Part shown: positions 1 through 8,131 of the stretch, in pieces
How positions within the stretch are numbered: the stretch's first letter is position 1
Layout: each line of letters opens with the position of its first letter
Source: a virus
IMG/VR virus record: IMGVR_UViG_3300020045_009879
Span: 31,872-95,871 of that record
DNA: 64,000 nt
Reading direction: 5' to 3' (one strand)
Made by a program: the position numbers and the translations under genes
The notes under the pieces: generated by a model
Databases searched by the model: none
Told to the model about the DNA's origin: nothing
The model's input: only the letters and a program-made list of their open reading frames with translations

Positions 1-360
1 GAATGCAACTGTTACAAAGCACTTATAGCCGCAGGAATTACTTTTGACCATCACACAAAGCATGAAATATTTCCAGGATTTATCTCTTCAATTACATCAT
101 TTGATAAAGATGAACGCAAGGGAAAAGACATGTATCTTTCCTCTGAAAAATTCGGAAGTCTCTCATATACTCCTGATTACCAGGCTAAAGACTATTCGTG
201 GTTCATAGAAACAAAGGGTTTTCTGCGGCCTGAGGCTGCCATGCGGATAAAACTATTTAAAATGAAACTTACGCAAGAAGGAAGTACGGCGCATTATTTT
301 ATGCCAAGAAATAAAAAACACATTGATCAAACTATTGAAATAATTAAAACGTTACAATGA
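1..360 (+). CDS. PD-(D/E)XK nuclease (endonuclease I / DUF1064-like), 5'-truncated by window edge
   Basis: Frame 1 is open from base 1 (ECNCYKALIAAGITF...) into the 130..360 ORF; motif YTPDY...FIETKG matches the PD..ExK signature. Confidence 0.75.
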   Translation, partial: ECNCYKALIAAGITFDHHTKHEIFPGFISSITSFDKDERKGKDMYLSSEKFGSLSYTPDYQAKDYSWFIETKGFLRPEAAMRIKLFKMKLTQEGSTAHYFMPRNKKHIDQTIEIIKTLQ

Positions 361-1127
361 GAGAGGAAATAAGAGAGATATTTTATCAAAGAGCCAAGTT
401 GTTACAGAATTTAGATAAGATAGTATCTGCCGGACATAAGGCTGCCAATAAGAGTAAAAATCAAATGTCTCTCTTTGCAGAGGATGAATCGTATTCTGAT
501 ATCATATTAGAAGAGCCAAAAGACTTTAATCCATTTGAATTTGTTGAAATGGAAAAAGATACCATAGGATTTTCATTAACATATTCTGAGTATGAGAGAT
601 ATGAAATGTTAAATTGCAGATATTGTAATAGCACTTTAGAAAAGGTCTTCGGGGTAGAATTTGAAGGTAATAAAACATTTCTTGCTAAGTTGGTAGACAT
701 ACAACATAAAACCAGTGGATTTGGCAATCCTTTTGCAAAATTAATATTTGCTTATGATGGAACAAAAACTAAGATGTATTTATTTGGAGATCTATATAGA
801 AAGAATCTGGTAAAATGCTTTATCAATAGAATATATTTGATTACTGCCACACACAATATCGAACGTAATTCCCTTGATTTAGTTAATTTTATGCCAGCAG
901 ACGATGTCTCTGATCTAAATATTAAAGTCATATGGGTCTCTGTACCACTAAGTAAATTGGCACTGCTAAAGACTTATTTATATGTGCATATGAAAGGCGA
1001 CAATTTTCCTATAAATATACACGTCTCAGATAAAAACTTTACCTATATGGAAGTATTAAGATGTAATATTAATAATGAAAATCTTGTAGAATTAAGAAAG
1101 CAGGGAATAACAATAAAATTAAGATAA
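357..1127 (+). CDS. Stand-alone C-terminal fragment of DNA polymerase III alpha (DnaE): beta-clamp motif, OB fold, C-terminal domain
   Basis: RAKLLQNL...QMSLF...EMEKDTIGFSLT, then OB-like KTSGFGNPFAKLIF...LFGDLY, colinear with the last third of DnaE; no PHP/palm motifs. Confidence 0.7.
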   Translation: MREEIREIFYQRAKLLQNLDKIVSAGHKAANKSKNQMSLFAEDESYSDIILEEPKDFNPFEFVEMEKDTIGFSLTYSEYERYEMLNCRYCNSTLEKVFGVEFEGNKTFLAKLVDIQHKTSGFGNPFAKLIFAYDGTKTKMYLFGDLYRKNLVKCFINRIYLITATHNIERNSLDLVNFMPADDVSDLNIKVIWVSVPLSKLALLKTYLYVHMKGDNFPINIHVSDKNFTYMEVLRCNINNENLVELRKQGITIKLR

Positions 1128-1128
1128 A

Positions 1129-1344
1129 ATGCCGGTACATCAAAAAGAATTATTTAAAATAAAATCTGGACAAGTTAATGTGCGTTATCCAGAACATAAA
1201 GCTGAAGCCTTAAATAGGGTATATGGAAGGACATTACCACGATTAATAAGGGGCCTATTAGATGAACTGTTATCTGACGGTCTTTTAAATGCAGAGAGAG
1301 ATTTAGGACACACTGTTATACGCAGAGAAAATTTAATAATGTAA
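1129..1344 (+). CDS. Putative ribbon-helix-helix DNA-binding protein
   Basis: QVNVRYP (strand) - EHKAEALNRV (helix) - GRTLPRLIRGLLDELL (helix), an Arc/CopG-like pattern. Confidence 0.5.
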   Translation: MPVHQKELFKIKSGQVNVRYPEHKAEALNRVYGRTLPRLIRGLLDELLSDGLLNAERDLGHTVIRRENLIM

Positions 1345-1347
1345 AAT

Positions 1348-1635
1348 ATGAAAAAAGAGCGAAATAATGACGTAATATTAACAACAATTCTTAATAAAAT
1401 GCTTGAAAAATATGGAGTTGATGTTAAATATGTGTTAAAAAATCAAGAAGTCAATGGAGAGTTATGGTATCAATACTATACAATGACGCAAAAAGAATTT
1501 GAAAAATGGCGTGAATGGACGATGAATTATTTTAAAACCACATATATTTCTAAGGCCAACAGAGAACGCGAGTTTGACAGTATAAATTTAATGTGGGGAC
1601 TTAAAATAAAAGAAGATGATGATACAACTGAATAG
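1348..1635 (+). CDS. Hypothetical phage protein
   Basis: 95-aa ORF tightly packed in the + strand operon. Confidence 0.7.
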   Translation: MKKERNNDVILTTILNKMLEKYGVDVKYVLKNQEVNGELWYQYYTMTQKEFEKWREWTMNYFKTTYISKANREREFDSINLMWGLKIKEDDDTTE

Positions 1636-2380
1636 TAAGCAATTAGTTTTTATAGGAGATATCCACGGTGATTTTGCTAAACTCCAACAACTTATAAAAC
1701 CATTCACCGACACTTGTTTTATAGTATGTGGAGATTGTGGCTTTGGCTTTTCAGATACAAAGTATGCCAAGATACAGAAGATGATTAAGGCCAATTTTGA
1801 TGCCGGATTAGAGAAGAGAAATAATTATCTTCTTTTCTTTAGGGGCAATCATGATGATCCTTCTTATTTTGAGGCGCCAATTAAAGATTATATTAATACT
1901 CATAGATTCAGACTCATAGAAGATTTTACAATGGTTGAGGTTGCTGGAGAAAGAGTTTTATGTGTCGGTGGTGCTGTGTCTGTAGACAGAAGATTTAGGA
2001 AGGTTAATTCATCTTATTGGCTTGATGAAGAAATATCTTTCAAGTATTACGATTCAGTTTTTTCTTTCCCATCAGAGGATCCAGAACCAATCATAACAAT
2101 TTTAGCTACACACTCTGCACCAAGAAAGTATGTAAACGCGTATATTAAAAAAGAAGATTGGGTTAAAATATCTTTTAATTTGGATAAAAAACTTACATTA
2201 GATTGTGATCGTGAAGACAAAATACTTGAAAGGATTTATAGCAACGTTGATGCACCCAAATGGATACACGGACATTATCATTTCAGTAATGTTAGGCCAA
2301 TAGAACACGGAGAACTTATAAGTCTTAATATTAATGAATTATATCTAATAAAATCAAAAGATTATTACAATGAGCTATAA
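1616..2380 (+). CDS. Calcineurin-like metallophosphoesterase
   Basis: GDIHG, GDCGFG, GNHD, THSAP and GHYH motifs in canonical order. Confidence 0.92.
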   Translation: MMIQLNSKQLVFIGDIHGDFAKLQQLIKPFTDTCFIVCGDCGFGFSDTKYAKIQKMIKANFDAGLEKRNNYLLFFRGNHDDPSYFEAPIKDYINTHRFRLIEDFTMVEVAGERVLCVGGAVSVDRRFRKVNSSYWLDEEISFKYYDSVFSFPSEDPEPIITILATHSAPRKYVNAYIKKEDWVKISFNLDKKLTLDCDREDKILERIYSNVDAPKWIHGHYHFSNVRPIEHGELISLNINELYLIKSKDYYNEL

Positions 2381-2624
2381 ATTGATTAGAAAAAAGGATA
2401 ACTTAATACATTGTGCTAAAAATGTATGTTATTTAACATTTTTTGAGAATGGTAGTTTTAGAAAAAAGCATTTGAAACCAAAAGTCGGCAGGTCATTATT
2501 AATGAGTCCATTTAACATATATTTTACCTGGCAAACAACTCCAATTACGAAGATAATTGAAGAAAAAGAGAATTATCTACATTTTCTTACGGAAAATAGT
2601 GAATATGAATTATTTAAAGAATAG
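2370..2624 (+). CDS. Hypothetical phage protein
   Basis: 84-aa ORF overlapping the upstream stop. Confidence 0.7.
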   Translation: MSYKLIRKKDNLIHCAKNVCYLTFFENGSFRKKHLKPKVGRSLLMSPFNIYFTWQTTPITKIIEEKENYLHFLTENSEYELFKE

Positions 2625-2627
2625 ATC

Positions 2628-2933
2628 ATGAGGACAATGAAGATATATATAGTGATTGCCAGCTATAACTATGAGGATAATAGTTTGGATAATACAGCCA
2701 TAATTGGAATTTTTAGACACAGATCTAAGGCTGATAAAATTTGTGAAAAATTTAGAGAAAAACAAGAATTATTAGCCAATGCACCAGAACCAATATCACC
2801 ATCATCTACTTATGATCGGAGGAATCCTACCGATGAGTGGATAAATTATTTTGATGATCATGCAAATTGGGAAGAACATCAAGAGTATGACAGTTGCGAA
2901 GTTGTAGAAAATGAACTTAACGGAGAAAGATAA
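2628..2933 (+). CDS. Hypothetical acidic protein, paralog of the next gene
   Basis: MKIYIV..YED..IGIFRHRSKA..EW..Y..C.V.E.ELN pattern shared with 2936..3247. Confidence 0.7.
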   Translation: MRTMKIYIVIASYNYEDNSLDNTAIIGIFRHRSKADKICEKFREKQELLANAPEPISPSSTYDRRNPTDEWINYFDDHANWEEHQEYDSCEVVENELNGER

Positions 2934-2935
2934 TT

Positions 2936-3247
2936 GTGAAAGTATACTTAGTAGAGGCAGATTTTGATCAATATGAAGATTCTTATCAAGTATCATTAGG
3001 ATTGTTTAAACATAAATCCAAAGCAGAAATTGTTAAATTAAACTATGAACAAGACATTAAAAAATTGTGTGACGAAGTATTAGTTAAGCCAATTGCAAAT
3101 GGTGAAGATGAAGATTCCCCCGAATGGGATGAATATTGGAGTCCTGAATGGAATGAATATTGGAGTAATGAGGAGTCCAAAAGAATTGCAAATGACTTTA
3201 ATTTCTGCACCATAACAGAATACGAACTTAATGAAGAAGAAAAATAA
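2936..3247 (+). CDS. Hypothetical acidic protein, paralog of the previous gene
   Basis: GTG start; MKVYLV..YED..LGLFKHKSKA..EW.EYW..C.I.EYELN. Confidence 0.7.
   Translation: MKVYLVEADFDQYEDSYQVSLGLFKHKSKAEIVKLNYEQDIKKLCDEVLVKPIANGEDEDSPEWDEYWSPEWNEYWSNEESKRIANDFNFCTITEYELNEEEK
3119..3166 (+). repeat. 24-bp tandem duplication encoding PEWDEYWS/PEWNEYWS
   Basis: cccgaatgggatgaatattggagt followed by cctgaatggaatgaatattggagt. Confidence 0.9.
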
Positions 3248-3450
3248 TGGCAACATTTGGAAGTTCTTGGAATGAAGATGATAAACCAATTGGACCAATG
3301 AGTCATTGGTTAGAAGATGATGAAGAGATTGATGATAGTCCATTGGCTCTACGCTCTCTTAAAGAAATCATGAATGATGGGGATGCAGAAAAGAAAATTG
3401 GACCAATGTCAAGTTGGTTGTCAAAAGACTATAACAAAAAACATAAATAA
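3247..3450 (+). CDS. Small acidic protein with duplicated IGPMSxWL motif
   Basis: 67 aa; TAATG coupling to upstream gene; IGPMSHWL and IGPMSSWL. Confidence 0.7.
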   Translation: MATFGSSWNEDDKPIGPMSHWLEDDEEIDDSPLALRSLKEIMNDGDAEKKIGPMSSWLSKDYNKKHK

Positions 3451-3451
3451 C

Positions 3452-3676
3452 ATGAGCAAAAAGACGTCAATTAAAAATAAACTTCAAGAAAGATTTGGAA
3501 TTTATTTTACGCAAAAGGAACTCTATAGGGCGTTATGTAGTTTTAGTGACAGTATTGACAGGACTTATACTATTAGTGAACTAGAAAGCCTCCTAGATGG
3601 CAAAGAACGGTTGCTGGAGGAGTTTTCTGAGTTTTTACTGAATGAATTTGAACCAGAACATAAATTTATAGCATAA
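3452..3676 (+). CDS. Hypothetical protein (start probably at 3452, MSKKTS...)
   Basis: ATG 1 nt after the upstream stop; the longer 3374 start would overlap the upstream gene by 77 nt. Confidence 0.6.
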   Translation: MSKKTSIKNKLQERFGIYFTQKELYRALCSFSDSIDRTYTISELESLLDGKERLLEEFSEFLLNEFEPEHKFIA

Positions 3677-3783
3677 TGGATGAAGAAGTATTGCTTTGTC
3701 CCCATTGTTTTGGGATATGGGATGGGGTCTATTGTTTAGAATGTGGATTTAGTGTATTTAGAATGGACCCTTATTATGATTAA
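3676..3783 (+). CDS. 35-aa zinc-ribbon microprotein (not in ORF track)
   Basis: MDEEVLLCPHCFGIWDGVYCLECGFSVFRMDPYYD*; CxxC-x8-CxxC; TAATG coupling. Confidence 0.6.
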   Translation: MDEEVLLCPHCFGIWDGVYCLECGFSVFRMDPYYD

Positions 3784-3794
3784 AAAATAATATT

Positions 3795-3935
3795 ATGAAG
3801 GTAGAATTTTCAATGTGTAGCTTTGATAATATCCTGTTAGGATTAATGACAGCAAGAGGACAGGATGAGGATGGTGAATTTATTACCTTATCGCTGGGAT
3901 TATTATTCTTTGAGGTAAGTTGGTATTGGTATTAA
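3795..3935 (+). CDS. 46-aa hypothetical microprotein (not in ORF track)
   Basis: MKVEFSMCSFDNILLGLMTARGQDEDGEFITLSLGLLFFEVSWYWY*; A-rich leader; fills the gap before the terminator. Confidence 0.55.
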   Translation: MKVEFSMCSFDNILLGLMTARGQDEDGEFITLSLGLLFFEVSWYWY

Positions 3936-3969
3936 AAGAAAAAGCGGCTTTTGGCCGCTTATCTTTTTT
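3934..3969. terminator. Bidirectional intrinsic terminator between convergent gene blocks
   Basis: aaaagaaa-aagcggc-ttttg-gccgctt-atcttttttc: GC stem flanked by A and T tracts. Confidence 0.85.
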
Positions 3970-6900
3970 CTATTTGTTCTGTGGTATTCCAGTGCTTCTA
4001 TCCCTAAATTTATAATAGACGTTTAGTATTGGGAATGTTTTTATAAACCTTTCCTTAACCTGCTGATCATTATAATATGGATCACCTAATAGATGATGAT
4101 AAAATGTTGTCATTAATTTTCTATAGTCATCTAAAAATCCTAACGCTGGAATAAGATTATCTGTTGTTGTCTTAAACGATCTTGGATCTATAAAAAATGT
4201 TATATCTTTAATAGTATTATTCATATTATTCATCAGAAGATATTTCCATCGTTTTGTTTCTTTATCATCGTCGTCAAGCGATGCAGACAGTAATAAATAT
4301 GCAGCAGCAAGAGTTAATAATACTTTTATCTCTATAAATTGTTTGCGAAGATTAGATATAAATAATTGCTTATCTTTTGTCAGCAATTTAATACCATCAA
4401 AAGATGCTTCTCCCTTAAACATTGCAAGTTTTGCAAATATACTACCCATCTGCGCAATACCAGAGAATAATCCCTCCCTTTGTACAAATTTTAACATGGT
4501 GGTATAAGTACCCTCGAAATCTCTACCAAGAACACCTAATGATTGTCTAGGCGCAAATCTGGTATATACTCCATCAGCAAGCCAGGACATACGATATTGA
4601 GCTACTAATCTGCCAACTATAGACCTTTTAAGCATGATAGAAGACTCTTTGGCCATGTTACCATGCAGTAACTGGTTAATAAATTTAACCTTATTCATAA
4701 AGGCTAAAAGCTCTTTGTTTCCAAGTATTGATTCTGAATTAGATCCCCAATCATTATTCTCACCAAATTCCTTTGCATTCCATGATCCATCAACATTAAA
4801 CGCATCAATAAGATTTCTTTCTTTACCATTGATATCTGTCATCTTAGTATGATGCATCATAGCATCCATAACTGATGTTCTTAAAATATAGTCACCCTCG
4901 CTAAGCCATCCAAAAGCACTAAAGAATTTAGTACTATACTTATTGGCACCGGCATCACCACCATAATTTTCAGCAAGAATCCCATTACGAACTGCAATAT
5001 TATGAATTTTGTTATTGGTTAAGTTCTTACTGCCTGCAGTTTTTTTTAAAGAGGACATAGCCCTGCCCCATGAGGCAAGAGCTTCTTTTGGTGTAAATTC
5101 AGATCTTCCTGCTGCATGAGAAAAAAAGTTTATTGAACCAAATAATATATTAGTAACGGCTGGAAATGGGTTAAAAGCAAATGTTTTGATAGCTGCACCA
5201 GTAATTAATATATCACCAGCTTGTGACCATACAAAATTAGAGCCGGTAGAATCTGTAAATTGTTTATAAACAGATATCTTGTAATCAAAATCTTCCTTAG
5301 TTATCTCGCCATTATCATACGCCCATGTAAGATCATCTATTAATTTTAAGATTTTACCACCGGCAATCTTTTCTGTCTCTAGAGTAACAAGAGACGGATA
5401 TTTCTTTAATATTTTATTGATGGCCGCCTCTTTGCCAAGCTTAGCAACTAAATCATTGAAATCTACAAGTATATTGATCGCTTTCTTTGGATCATTGATA
5501 GATATAATTTTTATATTATCATCATAAATCTTTTTAGCACTAACACCTTCTTTATCGGAGGATTTATTGTATAAATTATTGTTTATAACGTGGTCAATAA
5601 GCTTCCTTAGGTTGTGGAGTTTATCCTCCCCTCCATTACTTTTTTTTGTGTTGGCAACGTCAATAGTTCCATCTGCCTTTAATATAATCCTTCCAAAACT
5701 TTTATCATCAATGGCAGACTTTATGAGTAATGCATAATCCTCAATGGCAGATAAATGCTTATAAGTAATTGCCATCTTAGCAAATTCTATCAAATTACCC
5801 TCTAAATTATCACTCTTTTCGGCGACATCTAAATTTCTTAGATATTGCATTGGGATAACATTCTTAGGATTACCATCTCCATCGAGAAATTCAAGTTGCA
5901 TCCCATTCCTTGAAGTTACAGCACTCATGAGTCTACCTGACAGCGTAGTGGGAATACCCCTTAAACTACCCTTTAATAGCTTATTTAATAACTCTTTCCT
6001 TACATTGGGTATAAATGTTCCATCTATATCTTTTGAGGCATATCCTGGCAGATAAGAGGCATATTTTGTAAGCTCAGATGCGTGGGCATCATAAAACTCA
6101 AGCATCTTAGGATTAGACAATATTTTATTGACAAATCTATTATCATACGACAATAAATCTTTTCCGCTTGAACTATTTCTAATTGGTACCTCAACGATAT
6201 GCTTATCAATATCTCCGAACATCCTTATATCATCTTCAGATGCAGTATCATTATAAATGTAATTATAATATTCTGATGGAGATGTATTTTTTCTATACTC
6301 ATTAAGAAATGATTCTGATTCTGCCTCCGACTTACCCGAGGCCACAAGTTCTTTCTCCCTCTCTTCTATGTGGTCATATAGTTCAGTCCAACTTTGTTGT
6401 TTTACCTTAGCCTCTTCGATTAATTGCTTTGAATATTTCTCATCATGAGTGATGTTATTTAATTCGTTAAATAACTTATTTAAACCGTGTTCTGTAGATA
6501 ATAATTTTGTGTTAATAGTATAGACATTACTCTTTAATGCCTCTGATTTACGCTTAACTTCCCTTAACATTTTCGCTGCAGAATCCTTTTTATTACCATA
6601 CTTAATATCATTTATCTTCTCAACAAAGTCTTTATCAATTGTTTTCCTGAAGGTATAGTAACTTTTTGTGAATCTAGAGATAATGCCACCGTCCCAATTG
6701 CCATTTTCATCTGTTGACAACATGTCCTTAAAGTTAAGTCCAGCCTCTTTTAACTTTGCAAATAATGATTTAATTCTATTTGCCGCATCAAAATATTCAT
6801 TATGAGATTTTGAATTTGCAGACGTTATAAACTTATGTAATAGATTAACTATAGGCTTGTCGCTATAATGAGCTAACCCCAATGAATAGGCTCCTATTGT

Positions 6901-8130
6901 GCCTATATCAGACTCTCTAGACACGGCTGATGTAGGTATTTCTAGACCAAACATATCCTTACCAACCTTCTTGATGAATGAAGGCAATATTTTACTATGC
7001 AGTTTATCAAAATCAGCATTAAAAGCTTTTCTTTGAACACTCAGTACTCCTTCGAGAGTCTTTTTATCCAAGCGCATTCTTCCTCCGAATACATTACGAA
7101 GATTCTGCCACATAGAAATAGCTTCTCCTACAGCTTTTAATTCTTCTGCCCCTGGATTCTTGGAATTTAGTATAGAATTAATCCATGCAGCATTCTTTTC
7201 ATATAGTGCATCCAGGTTTGCAATGTTTTTCTTACTTGCTAATGTAGATAATTTGGTTTGCATTATCACCAAGTTCTTTTCGTGATGTTCTTTCTTCTGA
7301 ATTAATGCTGCCAATTCATTCATATTGGCATCTGTCTTACCAAGTAAATTGATCTGACTTTCTATCTCCTTAATTCTATTCTCAACCTTTCCAATAAGCC
7401 TATATAATTCTGCATTTCTTGCCTTAATTCTATCAATAACAAAATTAAGACCCATCTTTAGATTTACTTCAAGGGGGGAGTCTTTAAAGAATGCCCGAGA
7501 AAAATCATCTTCATACAATGCAGCAGGATCATATTCATTCTCTAACGTGAATAAATCTTCTTCGTCTAATATATTTTCCTCAATATAATTTAACTCTCCG
7601 TCGTATTCTTCATCGTTATCACCAGAAACAAACTCTTCTCCAATAGTATCATCGACATTATCCTCAACTTCACTTTCTGGGACATAATCAATTAGGTCAT
7701 CATCTATAATGGAATCAATATCTGCCTCTACTGGATCTTCGCTATCAGTATCATCCGGTAAACCCTCTTCAATATTATCACCTGATGGAATATTTTCTTT
7801 AGTATATTGATATTTCTGACTAGTATATTTCTCTCCAAAATCTATATTGAGTTTTAGATTAAAACTGTTTTGCTTACTCCGTAATATATCATTGGTACTA
7901 ACTGCAACACCGTTAAGTGTGTAGAAATGATTCTCTCCAACAGAACTACTATATTCGGCAAGAGACTTAACTAAGTTAACTGCATCTACCTTTGTTAATG
8001 TGGAGGTTCTTTCGAACTTATTTAATACATTAGAGGCAAGATTGAGGTATGTCTTTATGCCCTCTTCTCCGTATGTAGAGACTAATCTCTTTAATGTAGG
8101 ATCTTTTATATCTTTAATTTTGCAGGTCAT
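3970..8130 (-). CDS. Giant virion cargo/ejection protein (third of the vRNAP cluster)
   Basis: 1386 aa, helical/coiled-coil, hydrophobic segment near C-terminus; last gene of the crAss-type giant-protein trio. Confidence 0.75.
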   Translation of the reverse strand: MTCKIKDIKDPTLKRLVSTYGEEGIKTYLNLASNVLNKFERTSTLTKVDAVNLVKSLAEYSSSVGENHFYTLNGVAVSTNDILRSKQNSFNLKLNIDFGEKYTSQKYQYTKENIPSGDNIEEGLPDDTDSEDPVEADIDSIIDDDLIDYVPESEVEDNVDDTIGEEFVSGDNDEEYDGELNYIEENILDEEDLFTLENEYDPAALYEDDFSRAFFKDSPLEVNLKMGLNFVIDRIKARNAELYRLIGKVENRIKEIESQINLLGKTDANMNELAALIQKKEHHEKNLVIMQTKLSTLASKKNIANLDALYEKNAAWINSILNSKNPGAEELKAVGEAISMWQNLRNVFGGRMRLDKKTLEGVLSVQRKAFNADFDKLHSKILPSFIKKVGKDMFGLEIPTSAVSRESDIGTIGAYSLGLAHYSDKPIVNLLHKFITSANSKSHNEYFDAANRIKSLFAKLKEAGLNFKDMLSTDENGNWDGGIISRFTKSYYTFRKTIDKDFVEKINDIKYGNKKDSAAKMLREVKRKSEALKSNVYTINTKLLSTEHGLNKLFNELNNITHDEKYSKQLIEEAKVKQQSWTELYDHIEEREKELVASGKSEAESESFLNEYRKNTSPSEYYNYIYNDTASEDDIRMFGDIDKHIVEVPIRNSSSGKDLLSYDNRFVNKILSNPKMLEFYDAHASELTKYASYLPGYASKDIDGTFIPNVRKELLNKLLKGSLRGIPTTLSGRLMSAVTSRNGMQLEFLDGDGNPKNVIPMQYLRNLDVAEKSDNLEGNLIEFAKMAITYKHLSAIEDYALLIKSAIDDKSFGRIILKADGTIDVANTKKSNGGEDKLHNLRKLIDHVINNNLYNKSSDKEGVSAKKIYDDNIKIISINDPKKAINILVDFNDLVAKLGKEAAINKILKKYPSLVTLETEKIAGGKILKLIDDLTWAYDNGEITKEDFDYKISVYKQFTDSTGSNFVWSQAGDILITGAAIKTFAFNPFPAVTNILFGSINFFSHAAGRSEFTPKEALASWGRAMSSLKKTAGSKNLTNNKIHNIAVRNGILAENYGGDAGANKYSTKFFSAFGWLSEGDYILRTSVMDAMMHHTKMTDINGKERNLIDAFNVDGSWNAKEFGENNDWGSNSESILGNKELLAFMNKVKFINQLLHGNMAKESSIMLKRSIVGRLVAQYRMSWLADGVYTRFAPRQSLGVLGRDFEGTYTTMLKFVQREGLFSGIAQMGSIFAKLAMFKGEASFDGIKLLTKDKQLFISNLRKQFIEIKVLLTLAAAYLLLSASLDDDDKETKRWKYLLMNNMNNTIKDITFFIDPRSFKTTTDNLIPALGFLDDYRKLMTTFYHHLLGDPYYNDQQVKERFIKTFPILNVYYKFRDRSTGIPQNK

Positions 8131-8131
8131 A

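Noticed and set aside
357-420. Split-intein (trans-splicing) DnaE
   Set aside because: No C-intein HN-C/S/T motif at the N-terminus of the fragment
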